From positions 1 to 64,000 of the forward strand of contig NIVC01001128.1 in the NCBI GenBank assembly GCA_002269645.1: DNA of 64,000 nucleotides, given 5' to 3'. This DNA comes from Macrostomum lignano. Taxonomy: Eukaryota. Shown here in pieces: positions 36,401-49,502 of this stretch. Positions within the stretch are counted from its first letter, which is position 1. Every line of letters begins with the position of its first letter. A program made the position numbers and the translations under genes. Under the pieces are notes generated by a model. The model was not told where the DNA came from and did not search any database. It saw only the letters and a list, made by a program, of their open reading frames with translations.

Positions 36401-39400
36401 CATCCAATTGAGACCTGCAAGGATATGGACCAAGTGGCTGAGAAGCTGACAGGTTGCATTATTGCAGCTTATAAGGTGGCCTGCCCTGTCCATGCCTACA
36501 AAGGCAAGACCTCGGCGCCGTGGTGGAACCCGGAGCTGGGGAAACTCAGGCGGAAGGCCAAAAGCCTTCACCGCCGTGCCATGAAGACCGGAAACCTGGA
36601 GGACATGGAGCTTTTCCAACAAGCCTCCCGCAACTTCAAATCTGAAGTGCACAAGGCCAAGGAATGTAAATGGCGCCAATTCTGCAATGAATTGGATCAA
36701 GACAGACCTACTTCTAGGCTTGTCAAGGCCCTTACAATGGACAAAATGTCCAAATTAGCCATAATCAGAAAAGATGATGGCCCTCTTACTAAAGACCCTG
36801 AAGAAGTGCTTTAGCATATGCTTAGCACATTCTTCCCAAGGGTACCCACCATTAGATCGGAACCCAACCACTCAATGGATGGAGCCACCCTAGCAGCGGG
36901 CATAATCACTAAAGACTTAATTGCTTGTGCAGTCAGAACCTTCAAGCCCTTCAAATCTCCTGGACCTGATGGTATCTACCCTGTTCTTCTTTGTAAAGCA
37001 GCCAAGATACCCTCATTCTTGAGACTTATCCGCAATCTCATGTGGGCTTCTATCTAGCTGGGATATGTTCCCAAGTGCTGGACCAAAGCTCGGGTAGTCT
37101 TCATTCCCAAACCTGGGAAGGGTGACTACCAGAGCGTCAAGGCCTTTAGACCAATTAGCTTAACGTCAGCAATGCTTAAGCTCACTGAGAGGCTTATTCT
37201 CTGGTGGCTGCTTTCTTGCAAGCTGACAGCAATGCCTCTCAGCAATCATCAGTACGCCTTCCATACCGGGAGTTCGACTGACAGCGCCTTGCATGCGATA
37301 GTCGAGAAGATTAAATGGGCGGTACTAGGTGATGGTTATGTCTTGGCTCTTTTTCTTGACATTGTTGGTGCCTTTGACAACGTTATCTTTAAAGCGTTTC
37401 AAAGAGCCCTTCAAAATCGCAAAGCTCACGCTACCCTCATATGGTAGATCATGTACATGATCTCCAACCGTACAGTCACTGCCCAACTTCTTGGGCAAAC
37501 TGCCTCTGCCAGAGTCTATAAGGGTGGACCCCAAATAGGGTGTTACAAGCTTTCACATAAGAGCTAATTGAGATGGCACAGTGCAATTAAGTAGACAAAA
37601 GAACAAAAATCGCAATATAATCAAGTAAATACAAACCTGGGCGAGTGACATCAAGGCATAGATTGGCTCTACAAGGTCAATCAGGCATAGTAGGTCAAAA
37701 ACAAAGTTGCTTCCGAAAAGCTTATACTGAAGTGGTGTGTTGTCTGAGCAGTTAAACCCTTCAGAAACAAAAGCATTGTAGAGCTCGGCATACACTTCCT
37801 CGATAGCTTTCCACTGTGAAGTTGCAGAGAAAAGAAAGCGCTGCATCGCAAAACTGGACACAGCGCGCACTGTGCCCTCTGGCATGGCCTTAAATGAGTG
37901 TGGATAATTGTGCAGAAGGCCCTTCTGTACAAAAGTTTAAGTGGACATTAAAAAGGTCCAGGTCTCTGGGCCATGCTGATGGAATAATTGGCACAAAAGC
38001 CTTTCCAAATTTAAAAATATTTATATTTACAGCTTAAACAATCCCTCAAATTTAAGTTGAAAGAATAAAAACCTTACCTGCAACGTCAAAAATCCTCAAC
38101 CCGGGCCAAAATGGTGAGCAAACAAGTTAGCACAACACATAAATCGCTTCAGCATCGTCGCCTCTTCTCTGCTCCTGTTCTGCATGTCATTGATAGCCAG
38201 ATTGAGGAAATGGGCAATGTCCCAAATCTCAAGGATTTAGCCATTGCCTCCTGAGTCAGAAAGTGTGTCAGCCACAATGGATCCAACTGGTATTGTCCAT
38301 CGGCCACTACTGCCACAAGCCGGTCCAGTGGGGCGGCAAAAAAGGTCAGCAAGTCAAAGAGCCGCTTCGCAAGAATGGGGCTTGTTAAGTAAAGATTTGT
38401 TTGCAGGCTGGGTTTTACTACTCTATTTGGTATAAATCAATATGAATTACTTTAACTGGCCATTTGGCTTCTTTATAACAGTACACACATTACAAAAAGA
38501 AGGATTTGTAATTGCTACATAGAGCAAAAATAGTACCTGATCCATCCATGTCAGCGTTATATACCTCAGGCGCCCCAGCTGGGATAGAGATGGCCACTCC
38601 AGAACTTGATCGGCACAACAGTATGATGGCCTGGTTAGTTATGCACCCTGTTTTCAATTAGGCATCAATGTTACCAAGGTTGACAAATACAAGGTCTTTT
38701 GTTTAAATCATCCTGTCCCAACACAGTTTTGCTACGAGCGTACAAGAAAATCTGCTAACTTTTACCTAGTGTGCTTTTGTCACACATCACGCAAAAGTTG
38801 GGCGGCCGACCAGTCGACAGAAGTGGCTTTTGGAGAAATGCAATGGTCATCACATCTAGGCATACCTTGAAAAGCTTTCACATCTCATAGCCAAAGTCCC
38901 TTAATAGTGAGGATAGGCGATATACGCAGTGTATTAGGTAATTAGGGAAACTTAGTTTGCATTTGTTTTATTAGTATTATAAAAATATGAATTTTAGAAT
39001 ATCTTGATCCCTCAATAAAAATTGAGTAGATATTAGGCACACATGTAAAACTAACTAAAAAAGATTAAAAGTTCACCAGAATGCAAACTTACGACCCATG
39101 GCAGATTTGCCCAATGTCACACTTGCACGCAGACAAGAGGCAGACGAGCATCTCAAAATGGCAGCTACCAGAAGTGGTTTCTATCGTTGCGATAGTGCAG
39201 CGCATAAGGCTGCGCACAATGTCAATTCCATGCCACTTCGGCTCATTCCAAAGCCGGCACTCGACCACCGCCTGATGGTGCTGCGGCTGGCCATCTAAGT
39301 GCTGGCTGACATTGTATTTAAACTGGCAAAATTTGGGCCCACCAGCCAGCAAAGCGGCCATCCGATCCTTGCAGATAAGCAGGCCTGTACTCAAAGTGCC

Positions 39401-41500
39401 ATCACAGGCCAGATTCCTGGATGGGAATAGTGATAGTGATAACATGTTAACTCTAGCAAAATTGCCCCAGGATTTACATAAATTGCTCTCAAACTGCACA
39501 GTACATCTATAGTCCAAAGATTACACAAGAACTTTGTAAAAAAATGTCCATCTTAGTCATGGCATTCTGAGTCATATCCGGGACAAGTTTTCTTTTTGCA
39601 CACATTTTTGTAGCTCGTGACAATGAACTTCACTTACAGCGCACGGTATGTCTCAGCAACATTATGCCGAGTTGGAAGGAGGCCTCGTCTTTTCCGTTCC
39701 TCTACCCAAAGGTGCATACATGGCTTGCAATACACATTGTGTCATTGCCTGAAGGAGCCGAGTCCAGATGTTTGTGGCCCAGCAGCTCGCCCATAGTTTT
39801 TGCTTGCACCATGGCTGTCGATGATGACAAAATTGACTGATTGGCCCTCGCTTTAGCACTGGCTGCTGACCCTGCCTGGCCTTGCTCTGTGAGACATGCC
39901 AGGAGTCTCGCCTGCTTTGCTTGCTGTTCTGACATCTGCTCCACCAGAGCTACCAGTCTGTCTATACTATTAAGAGTGGACGCAGACACATTTGGCGACA
40001 GTGGGGCCAACACTGCTGGCAAGGCCAGAGATGAATTCGCTGGCAATAGCATGGCCCGCGAGGTTGCCGACACAGGGCGAGGATGCCTGAAGGATGGGTA
40101 AAGGGGGCATGGCAGGCAAAGATGCTAAGGCGCCAAATGAGCTCACACCGGCAGATTCAGCTGCAGGGGTCTTTGCCGCGCTAGAACTGCAGTCGGCCTG
40201 ACTGCTGGACTCATTCCTGCTATGCAGATAGGGCAGGACTTCCCTATGGTCTTCTGGAAAAACTTGGCCAAGGAATTGTCCTTATGATGCCTGTTAAATG
40301 CAATTAGGCAGTAGTAAGTTTCCTGTCAAAAAGCAAGTACAAGCATAATACAAGAAGTTTTACTTCAATGGTCTCCCTGCATCAGAGTAATTGGTACATG
40401 CTTGACTTACCATATATTCTGTGTATTTCATTAAAAAATTAAATCTGGGGAGCAATGCATCGAATAATAACGGTTTCAACTAAAAATAGGTTAGATTCCC
40501 CAGGAGAAGCATGTGGCAATACTTTCGTAACAATTTAACACCCCAGGTGTTTCTACATGTAAATGTGCCAGATTTTTCATGCACAAGCACTATTGAGTTC
40601 AGTTACCTTTACCTGGAAGTGTGCCTGGTCCGTGAGCTAGCATCATTTCAAAAAATGCTACACTTGTTAGGCTCTAAGCTTCTTTGTAGGCAGCTAAGGC
40701 AGAAGTGATGGTATGGTTTAGTTGTCCTGCTTTGGCCATCAGGGAGCACTGAGGGCTTGAAAAACTGGGCAGGAGGTTGCCCATTAGGCTGGCTAGCAGC
40801 AGGTTGCTTTGCTGCCATTCGTGCTGTAATATAAGCCCATGCAGCCACTGCATTGTCTCCTGCTCCAGATGGTCTAGAAGAACCTATATGTATTGTTCAA
40901 GTGTTAGTTTAGTTTAGTTTAAATGTATTTGCATTTGCATACAATGTATTTGTATGAGTATATTTGCAAATATGGCAATGCCAATAATGGCCCAATCAGT
41001 CCTGGGGGTCTGGCTGCATGTGCCACAGCACTGGATCCAGCTGGGAGCATATCTTTTCAATGAAGTGTTCGTGTTCACAACTATAAGCCTAATCAATACA
41101 TACATGTAACATGTGATGTGATATGTAGCACTATACAAGGTAATAGTATAGTAACTAAAAATAAGTAACCTAATTACCAGCAGTTGGAGTCGTTGTTGTA
41201 GCAGGTGCAGTCTTAGACTTAGTCATCTGCTGTAGCTGTCATTGAAGCAGTAACACTAGTAGCACTAGCAGCAGATGTATATGTACATGTAGCAGCAGCT
41301 GTTTCAACAAGATCAATGACATCATCACAATCACTCACATGAGATTGTGAGCATGCTGTGTCACCTGTGTGACTCTTATCCTCAATCTCAACTTCAAGCT
41401 CAGAGCTCATCTCTGGCTCAAACTCTTGTTCACTCATTGCAGGGTTGCAGTCAACAAATTTCAAAATTCACAATAGACAAGCAATAGCAATAATGAGAGA
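33463..41500 (-). mobile_element. Degenerate, intron-containing hAT-like DDE transposase gene, interrupted by a LINE
   Basis: Minus-strand fragments in the expected order: KYNVSQHLDGQPQHH (Zn-finger-like), HFEMLVCLLSACKCDIGQICH, NFCVMCDKST (38781-38770, first D), VADGQY (38304-38290, second D), WDIAHFLNLA (about 38224, D/CxxH motif), DLVEPIYALM, LNEEAVLKSF*, SIEAVAE (33807-33787, candidate E), PPLG...SKVVD. Stops and frameshifts are present. The superfamily call is from remembered motifs. Confidence 0.6.
34570..37545 (+). mobile_element. Degenerate non-LTR retrotransposon (APE + RT; Loa/R1-like), 3' half of RT missing
   Basis: ORF1 remnant (VFVPAK...HRVLLYLNPDL...IVLGL, DUF4780-like). APE motifs LQINLQH, LIQEPW, VASIYIP, GDLNVHHKHWGS, TPTF. 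RT motifs FKSPGPDGIYP, FIPKPGK, FRPISLTS, QYAF, LFLDIVGAFDNV, GGPQ. Multiple stops and frameshifts; a GC-richer block in AT-rich flanks. Confidence 0.9.
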
Positions 41501-44461
41501 TACACAGGGCTGCCTATTGAATTGAAAGGCAAGCCAATAATAAAACCAATTGAATCTCGACATAGTCCTAGCTAACCAAAGCCTCTCTGTTTACATTGTA
41601 CATTGATGTGTACACTCAGCTCAAGCCCAACCCCCCATTCCGGGGGAATCATTAAATTTAATTGCAACCCCAACACAGAGAGGGGGTTATTTGCCTTGAA
41701 TGTGAACCCACCCGTGCACCCACCCCCCCCCCCCAAAAAAAACAGCGCACAGGTTGGAGGTTGAGGTGGCTATTTTTACAAACAGACTGCAACCTTTCCA
41801 CTGGAGAGGCAGAGTGGCCACAGAAGGGCCAAACTTGGTTCTACCCACCTGCTGTCTTGGCGATCTTTGTATGCCAAGCTGTATGCCAAGCTGTACACTA
41901 AGCTGTACGCCAAGGGGCATGCCAGGCTCCTATGTATGCCAATTGTATGCCAATGGTGTAAGCCAGATCCCTCTGTACACCAGAAAATTCTGGCATACAT
42001 GTATACCATCTGGAGTCTGGGATATATCTAAATTTCAAAATTGTATGACCCTATATCTTTAACAATAAAGGACCTTTTTTGCATTGCAACATTTGATAGT
42101 TAACATGTATATTATTATAACAAATTATTATAACAAATTAATAAATACCATTATTCAATAAGAACTTTGTCTTTTTTGTACCTCTTAACCATTCTTTTTT
42201 TACAAAATAGATTACCTTTGTTATAAAAATGGGAACATACTTACACTAATTTTTAAATAGCTTTGTATACCATTTTTGTATCTCAAAATACAATTGTGTT
42301 TGGATTCAAGCCACACTCCAGATCATGTAGTATATGCCCAAAAATTTGGGTATGTACTGGCCTTGCATATCAAAAGTAGGTGTACATAGTTGGCATGCAT
42401 CACTCCAAGATTCTAAGAAAATAGGGCCTAGTCACTAGTGTGTGTGCATACCTAGTATGCACATTATCGAATCATGTAGAAGGGTTAGTGTTAAGTGAAA
42501 AAAGATGCAAAAGTTCAGTTTTAAGAGTAAATTTCAAGCTTTCTAGGTTTTTAAACTTGTAGTAAGGCATTTAAACAAATCTTTGCATGTATCAATTTTT
42601 CACAATAAATAATATTGGCAAAAAAGCAAAATATCAACCAAAATTTTAGCTAAAAAGTGGCCCTTGTGCAACCTAAAAAGGTAATTTATTGTTGCAGCAC
42701 TAGTGTAGATTTGAGAGTGAGTGTGCAATTAATGTTGGCATGTATTTGTAATTCAATTTTTGTTCAGGTATGCACCTAGCATGATCTAGACTATAGGATT
42801 TAAGCACAAAATATGCATGCCAATAAACTATAAAAGGCTGGTCTTTTATAGTAGAAAGGCTTATAGTAAAGTAAAGTAGTATAGTAAAGGTTTATAGTAA
42901 AAGGCTGGCCTTTTATAGACATATTTCTATAGTGCAGAAGGATTTCCATTTATGATAGAAGGTAAATTTTTGTCTTTTCTTATATGACAATACAACAAGG
43001 GTCAAATAATTTTACTTTGGCTATATAACAATGCACAATATATATACCACAGACATTCTAGGAAAAAGCATGGAAATCAGTATACAAATAAAAGCGCCCA
43101 TTGTACATGCATAGTAGCTGTTGGAACTTGCATTGCACAAGTTTGATAACTTGCAATACAAGCTTGGAACTTGCAGTTGGACAATGGAGTTCTAATAGCT
43201 AGGATAATGGATAGGGCTTTACTTTTTATTCTAGCTACAAATTTGAATATTGATTGAATTTAAGAAATCATTACATAAAGTAAAGACTAAAACAAAAGGT
43301 GCACCAATGCATATTTGCTTGGCTTAAAAATAAAAAAATTATGTTTTTTGCAGCAAGGTTTTAAAAATGGTTGTATTATGCAGTTTTTATACTTTAACTA
43401 TAGAAAAAAATGTCAAAGATTTATTGCAAAATTTGTTTTTAATGAGCATTCTGACATAATTAAGTACTATATAGTGTACCATGCAAAAATATTATAAAAA
43501 CTTAATAAGTAATGTAAATGGTAGTAATATAACCACTCAAATTCACAAAGTCTTGTTGTGAACTTGTGAATACATGTAAAATACGATAGCATGACCAACA
43601 TATACGATGATATGACATGCATGATGTACAATGTGTACAATAGCTAGCCTTAGTGTAAAATAGAAATTTCTATTGTATGCCCATCCTTCTACACTTTGGA
43701 TACCTTCCTCATTATAGCATTAGTTTAAATAAGGGCTCTTCATAGGAGCTTGGCTATTAGCTATATAGCTAATAAGTTGATAGGCTAACTTGTCTATGAT
43801 AGAGGCTCCAATAAGATTTTTAAAGTTTTTTAGTATTTTTGTTTTCATTTGAAAAATCTCATTTGCCTAATATAAATTTAGATAGCTTAGTTTTGAAAGT
43901 TAGTAAAGCAATAAAAAAAATATAAAACTATATTAAATTTCCAATGTTTTTGTATTTCATTTTGCCTATTATAATTAAGCACTAGAATCATTTTTGCTTA
44001 AAAACTTGGATTTTTACTCATATTTTTTATTAGACTTTTTTACTCAGTTATTTTCTTTGCTCAATGCCATTTTTTAGCTTTTTTATCCCTTATTGAAAAT
44101 GTGAAATTTAATATAGCCAGAATAAATATAAGTATACATTTGAATTGTTGCAAATTAATTGAAAGTTTTGAATTCCTATGCATTAAGTCTTTGTATTATA
44201 CATTGATTCTATAAGATGTAATTCAATCTCTGATTGGATTTTGACATGTTCCAAAATTATGCTTCTGTCTAACTATTACTTAACTTAAAGCATATTAAGA
44301 TTGTCTTATGCTTGTAATTGGTATTGATCATAATTTTTGCTTCTAATCTGCTACCATAAATTAAAAGATTTCAATAATTTCAAATAGTTTTGCAGGCGCA
44401 CGGACTTGACTCCAGCATTCCCAAAAGCCTAAATATATATAGTGTCTAATTAATTAAAAAT

Positions 44462-47400
44462 ATGAATGGAGGCAGCTCAAACAATTCAAGTGGCAAGAGC
44501 ACAAATCTGCCACTCATAGAGTTCAGCCATGCATCTTCTGACTCTGCAGCAGCCAATGGCGACAATGGAGGCATTGTTGAGCAGAGCAATGCTCGAAGTC
44601 CCAATGGAATATTTGCTAATAATTTCCTTGGACCTGAGGAGGCTGCCAATATGAAGGTTTGATAATTAAATATTTGCAGATTATTTAACTTAATTAGGCA
44701 CTTGCTGTTAATAATAGTCTTTTGAAGGCTTAAGTTTATGAGAGTTGTTAAGGGACTCAGGGAGGTTGTTGTGCTATCATTGTATGTAAAGCTAAAGACC
44801 AATGCACAGAGTTAAGACTGTTACACTGAGAAGATGCAAATGTTAGGACCATTCTACAACCTGTGTTAAGTGCTGTGCGCTTACCTACAGAGCACAGAGC
44901 ACTGTACATCGTCCTCTTTGAGACCGTTTGAAACTAGTGACTCTAGCGACTCTTGTGACTTACAACTGTTGAGTCGCGACTGCATCACGTGAGTTGTAGA
45001 ATCGTTAAAAGAGGTTCGCGAAAGATTCGTTCAAGAATCGTTTTGTTGGCGCTTAACTTTTGCTTGAGATGCGACTTAAATTTATCAAGCATCGCAAATG
45101 CAAGCCTCAGAACGCCTTAAATACGACTCAACGGCCCTCAGAGTCGTTTTGGGGGTCGTAGACAACAAAAAACACTTCAAAGGAACGATTAAAGGCGACT
45201 CTCTAACAACTTTTTGGCGACTTTTACCTTGACATCTTGTTGTTTAAGAGTGGTCTAAAGTCGTTGTTCACTGCAACGACTCCCCGCAGGACCTGGCTCT
45301 GTCCTCCGACAATGCCGAGAACGATTCAGACTCTGCCGATGAAGAAGACGAACTATTTAGCCGGAAAACAACTGGCAGCGGCGGCGGCAGTGGCGCCGGG
45401 GGAGGCGGCGGCGGCGGCGGCGGAGGTCGCGAATCGAAGCCTCTGATGGCGCCCCGGCGAGCTCGAACATCGTCCAGCGATTCAGCCAGCAACGCCACGG
45501 TGACCCTGCGCATGCCAAAGCCGTTTAAAAATCGCAGAAAAGTATCCCGCTGCTATCTGTTTCTAGTCTTCCTTGGCAAATGCGCCGTTGTGGTCTCTAT
45601 AGCGGCTGTGATCTTTGTCACGCTGTTCTTCCTGATACAGGCAGTGTTTAAGAAATCTGCCGCAGGTTCTGGAGCCAAGTCGCGTCACGTCTCAGTCACA
45701 ACCTTGGCTAGTCACGCCGCCTGTTCGCACATCACCGTGGAGGACGTGTGGATTCGCGGCTACCCTAAAATGGGTATTGAAGGACCGCTAAGACTATTAG
45801 ATGTTAATAGCGATGGAATACTGGATATCATTGTGCCTTTTGCCAGCGGTGAGTTGCCTTTTAACATTTCACATTGTATTGATGTTGTTTTGAATTTTAT
45901 CCTCTCTTAATCTAGCCTGTTATTAACAAACTAAATGAGTTTTGCCCTTAAAATTACACTATTATGCCCCGCAAAACCGGCCATATTTATTAAATCAAAC
46001 GCCCCTTCACGAATTAGAGAATCATCCCTAAGCCAATTAGAAAATCGCCCCTCATCCAATTAGAGAATTAGCCCTAATCCAATTAAAGAATCACCCCTAA
46101 ACCAATTAGAGAATCGCCCTAAACAATTCGAGAATCGCCCCTAAACCAATTAGAGAATCGCCCCTAAACCAATTAGAGAATCGCCTCTAGACCAATTAGA
46201 GAATCACCCCTAAACCAATTAATAGCCCCTAAAGAAATTAGAGAATCGCCCCTTATCCAATTGAAGAATCGCCCCTCATCCAATTAAAGAATCGCCCCTC
46301 ATCCAATTAGAGAATCGCCCCTAAACCAATGAGAGAATCACCCTAAACCAATTACAGAATCGCCCCTCATCCAATTAGAGAATTAGCCCTAATCCAATTA
46401 AAGTATCACCCCTAAACCAATTAGAGAATCGCCCTAAACCAATTAGAGAATCGCCCTAAACCAATTAGAGAATCGCCCCTAAACCAATTAGAGAATCACC
46501 CCTAAACCAATTAGAGAATCGCCCCTGAACCAATTAGAGAATCACCCCTAAACCAATTAGAGAATCTCCCCTAAACCAATTAGAGAATCGCCCTAAACCA
46601 ATTAGAGAATCGCCCTAAACCAATTAGAGAATCGCCCCTAAACCAATTAGAGAATCACCCCTAAACCAATTAGAGAATCGCCCCTAAACCAATTAGAGAA
46701 TTACCCCTAAACCAATTAGAGAATCGCCCCTAAACCAATTAGAGAATCGCCCCTAAACAAATTAGAGAATCACCCCTTAAACAATTAGAGAATCGCCCCT
46801 AAACCAATTAGAGAATCGCCCCTAAACCAATTAGAGAATCGCCCCTAAACCAATTAGAGAATCACCCCTAAACCAATTAGAGAATCGTCCCTAAACCAAT
46901 GAGAAAATCGCCCCTTAAACAATTAGAGAATCCCCCCTAAACCAATTAGAGAATCGCCCCTAAAACAATTAGAGAATCGCCCCTCATCCAATTAGAGAAT
47001 CGCCCCTAAACAAATTAGAGAATCACCCCTTAAACAATTAGAGAATCGCCCCTTAAACAATTAGAGAATCGCCCCTAAACCAATTAGAGAATCGCCCCTT
47101 ATCCGACCAATTAGAAATCGCCCATAAGCCACTATTGGAACTCGCCCTTTAAGTCCGTCTCAATACCCGCCAGTCTTGCATGTCCTTCATCTCCTTCGTT
47201 CCCATCCTGGCCTCAGTCCTCATTTCCTTGATGGTCTTGAGAGTGGGAAATCGCTAGAGCATACATGTATAACAGAACTATGCAGTTATGCGTAAGCATA
47301 TTTCTTACAACACTGCATATAACTCGTATATGCGTTGAATATTACTGCTGCCTTATTTTTCTATGCTGCGCATGTACTTTTGTAAACTTTATTCAAGAAC

Positions 47401-49203
47401 AATCTGAATATTTATTATTTTTTTAAACGCAACGTTCAGCATTTTTTCCCAGTTGCATTACTTGCGTTAATATTGTAATTATGTATAGTAATCTAAAAAT
47501 AATTTCAGTTGCTAGTTGAATGCGGGACAGGTAAATGTGTTGAATTTTATCGGTGGCTGTGCTAAACTGCTTACACTGACGTATTTTTTGCCGATGGTTT
47601 GAGATTTTTTAATTACTTTCCTAAGTCCTGCAGAATGTCTGCCGACCTCACCCTTCCCCTCTCCCTTCCCCTCTCCCTTCCCCTCTCCCTTCCCCTCTCC
47701 CTTCCCCTCTCTCTTCCCCTCTCTCTTCCCCTCTCCCTTCCCCTCTCCCTTCCCCTCTCTCCTCTCTCTTTTCCCCTCCCTTTCCGACTCCCTTCCCTCT
47801 CTCTTCCCCTCTCTCCCCCTCTCTCTTCCCCTCACTTCCCCTCTCTCCCTCTCACTTCCCCTCTCTCCCTCTCACTTCCCCTCTCTCTTTCCCTCTCTGT
47901 CCCTCTCTCTTCTCACTTCCCCTCTTTCTTCCCCTGTCTCTTCCCCTCTCTCTTCCCCCTCTCTCTCTCCTTTCCTTTCCCCTCTGATGTTCGAGAACAA
48001 AATAGGGCGATTTTAAAACAATCCTGTACTTATGGTGTATCGCAAATTGAAAGTTGCTCTGGTTATAGAGTCTCATATAGCATATTATATTTATATATTG
48101 AATATTTAACTGCTATTAATGTTAGCTTTACGATTACAAGTATGCTTGAATAAGCCTTAGCTAGTTTGCTTCGATTATGCCAGCTGTGATAATTGGATCT
48201 CGCATAATAAAATTGCCACATTCACGCCCATTTATATGTGTATTACGCATTGATTTACTTTTCTATCAGGGGTGGACAGTCTAACGCCAATAGAGGCCAA
48301 CTGCAGAGTGTATTACGACAATTATAAGACTGGCTATTGCGCTGGCGGCATCATGGCAGTGGACGGTCGAGATGGCAGCGTGATCTGGTCGCAGTTTGTT
48401 CAGCACGAACCATTTGCCCTGACCTGCGAGACCGATCTGAATAAAGATGGGCAGTCCGACTGCGTGCTAAGCGGCCGGGGTGGGGTGAGTTGGAGTCCTT
48501 TTCTCAGCTCTGGTTAGGCTCCGTAATGGAGTGTCTGTAAACTCAGTAATGGAGTGACTGTAAACTCAGTAATGGAGTGACTGTAAACTCAGTACTGGAG
48601 TGACTGTAAACTCAGTAATGGAGTGACTGTAAACTCAGTAATGGAGTGATTCTAAACTCAGTTATGGAGTGACTCTAAACTCAGTAATGGAGTGACTCTA
48701 AACTCAGTTATGGAGTGACTGAGCTTGGTAATGGAGTGACTGAGCTCGTTAATGGAGTGACTCTGAGCTCGGTAATGGAGTGACTCTGAGCTCGGTAATG
48801 GAGTGACTCTAAACTCGGTAATGGAGTGACTCTGAGCTCGGTAATGGAGTGACTAAGTTCTAAAGTATTAAGATAGGACTATTAGGTTAACTAGTATGTG
48901 AATTAAGCTAAATTATGGTATAGAAATCCCAATAATCGGCTTTCGCAAGATTTCTACATTTCATCATTTCAGTTGATGTCGGCTCACGATGGCCGCACTG
49001 GCCAGACAATCTGGTCTTCAAAGCTTAATCGAGGCTACAAGAATTATTATACTGTGCAACCCGTTGGCGATTTGGATAACGACAAGGTTACGGATTTTGT
49101 TCAGGTGAGCTGAGCGGCTTGCGTCTAGTTGTAATAGTAGTTTAGCTAGTAGTAGTAGCAGCAGTTGCTACTAGTAGTAAAAGTAGTAGTACTTTTAGTT
49201 GTC

Positions 49204-49238
<35 letters not shown>

Positions 49239-49259
49239 ATAGTAGTAGTTGTAGTAGTT

Positions 49260-49291
<32 letters not shown>

Positions 49292-49304
49292 TGTTGTTGT
49301 TGAT

Positions 49305-49351
<47 letters not shown>

Positions 49352-49370
49352 TGTTGTTGTTGTTGTTGTT

Positions 49371-49401
<31 letters not shown>

Positions 49402-49449
49402 TAGTAGTAGTATTAATAGTAAAAGTAGTAGTAGTAGTAGTAGTAGCAA

Positions 49450-49502
<53 letters not shown>

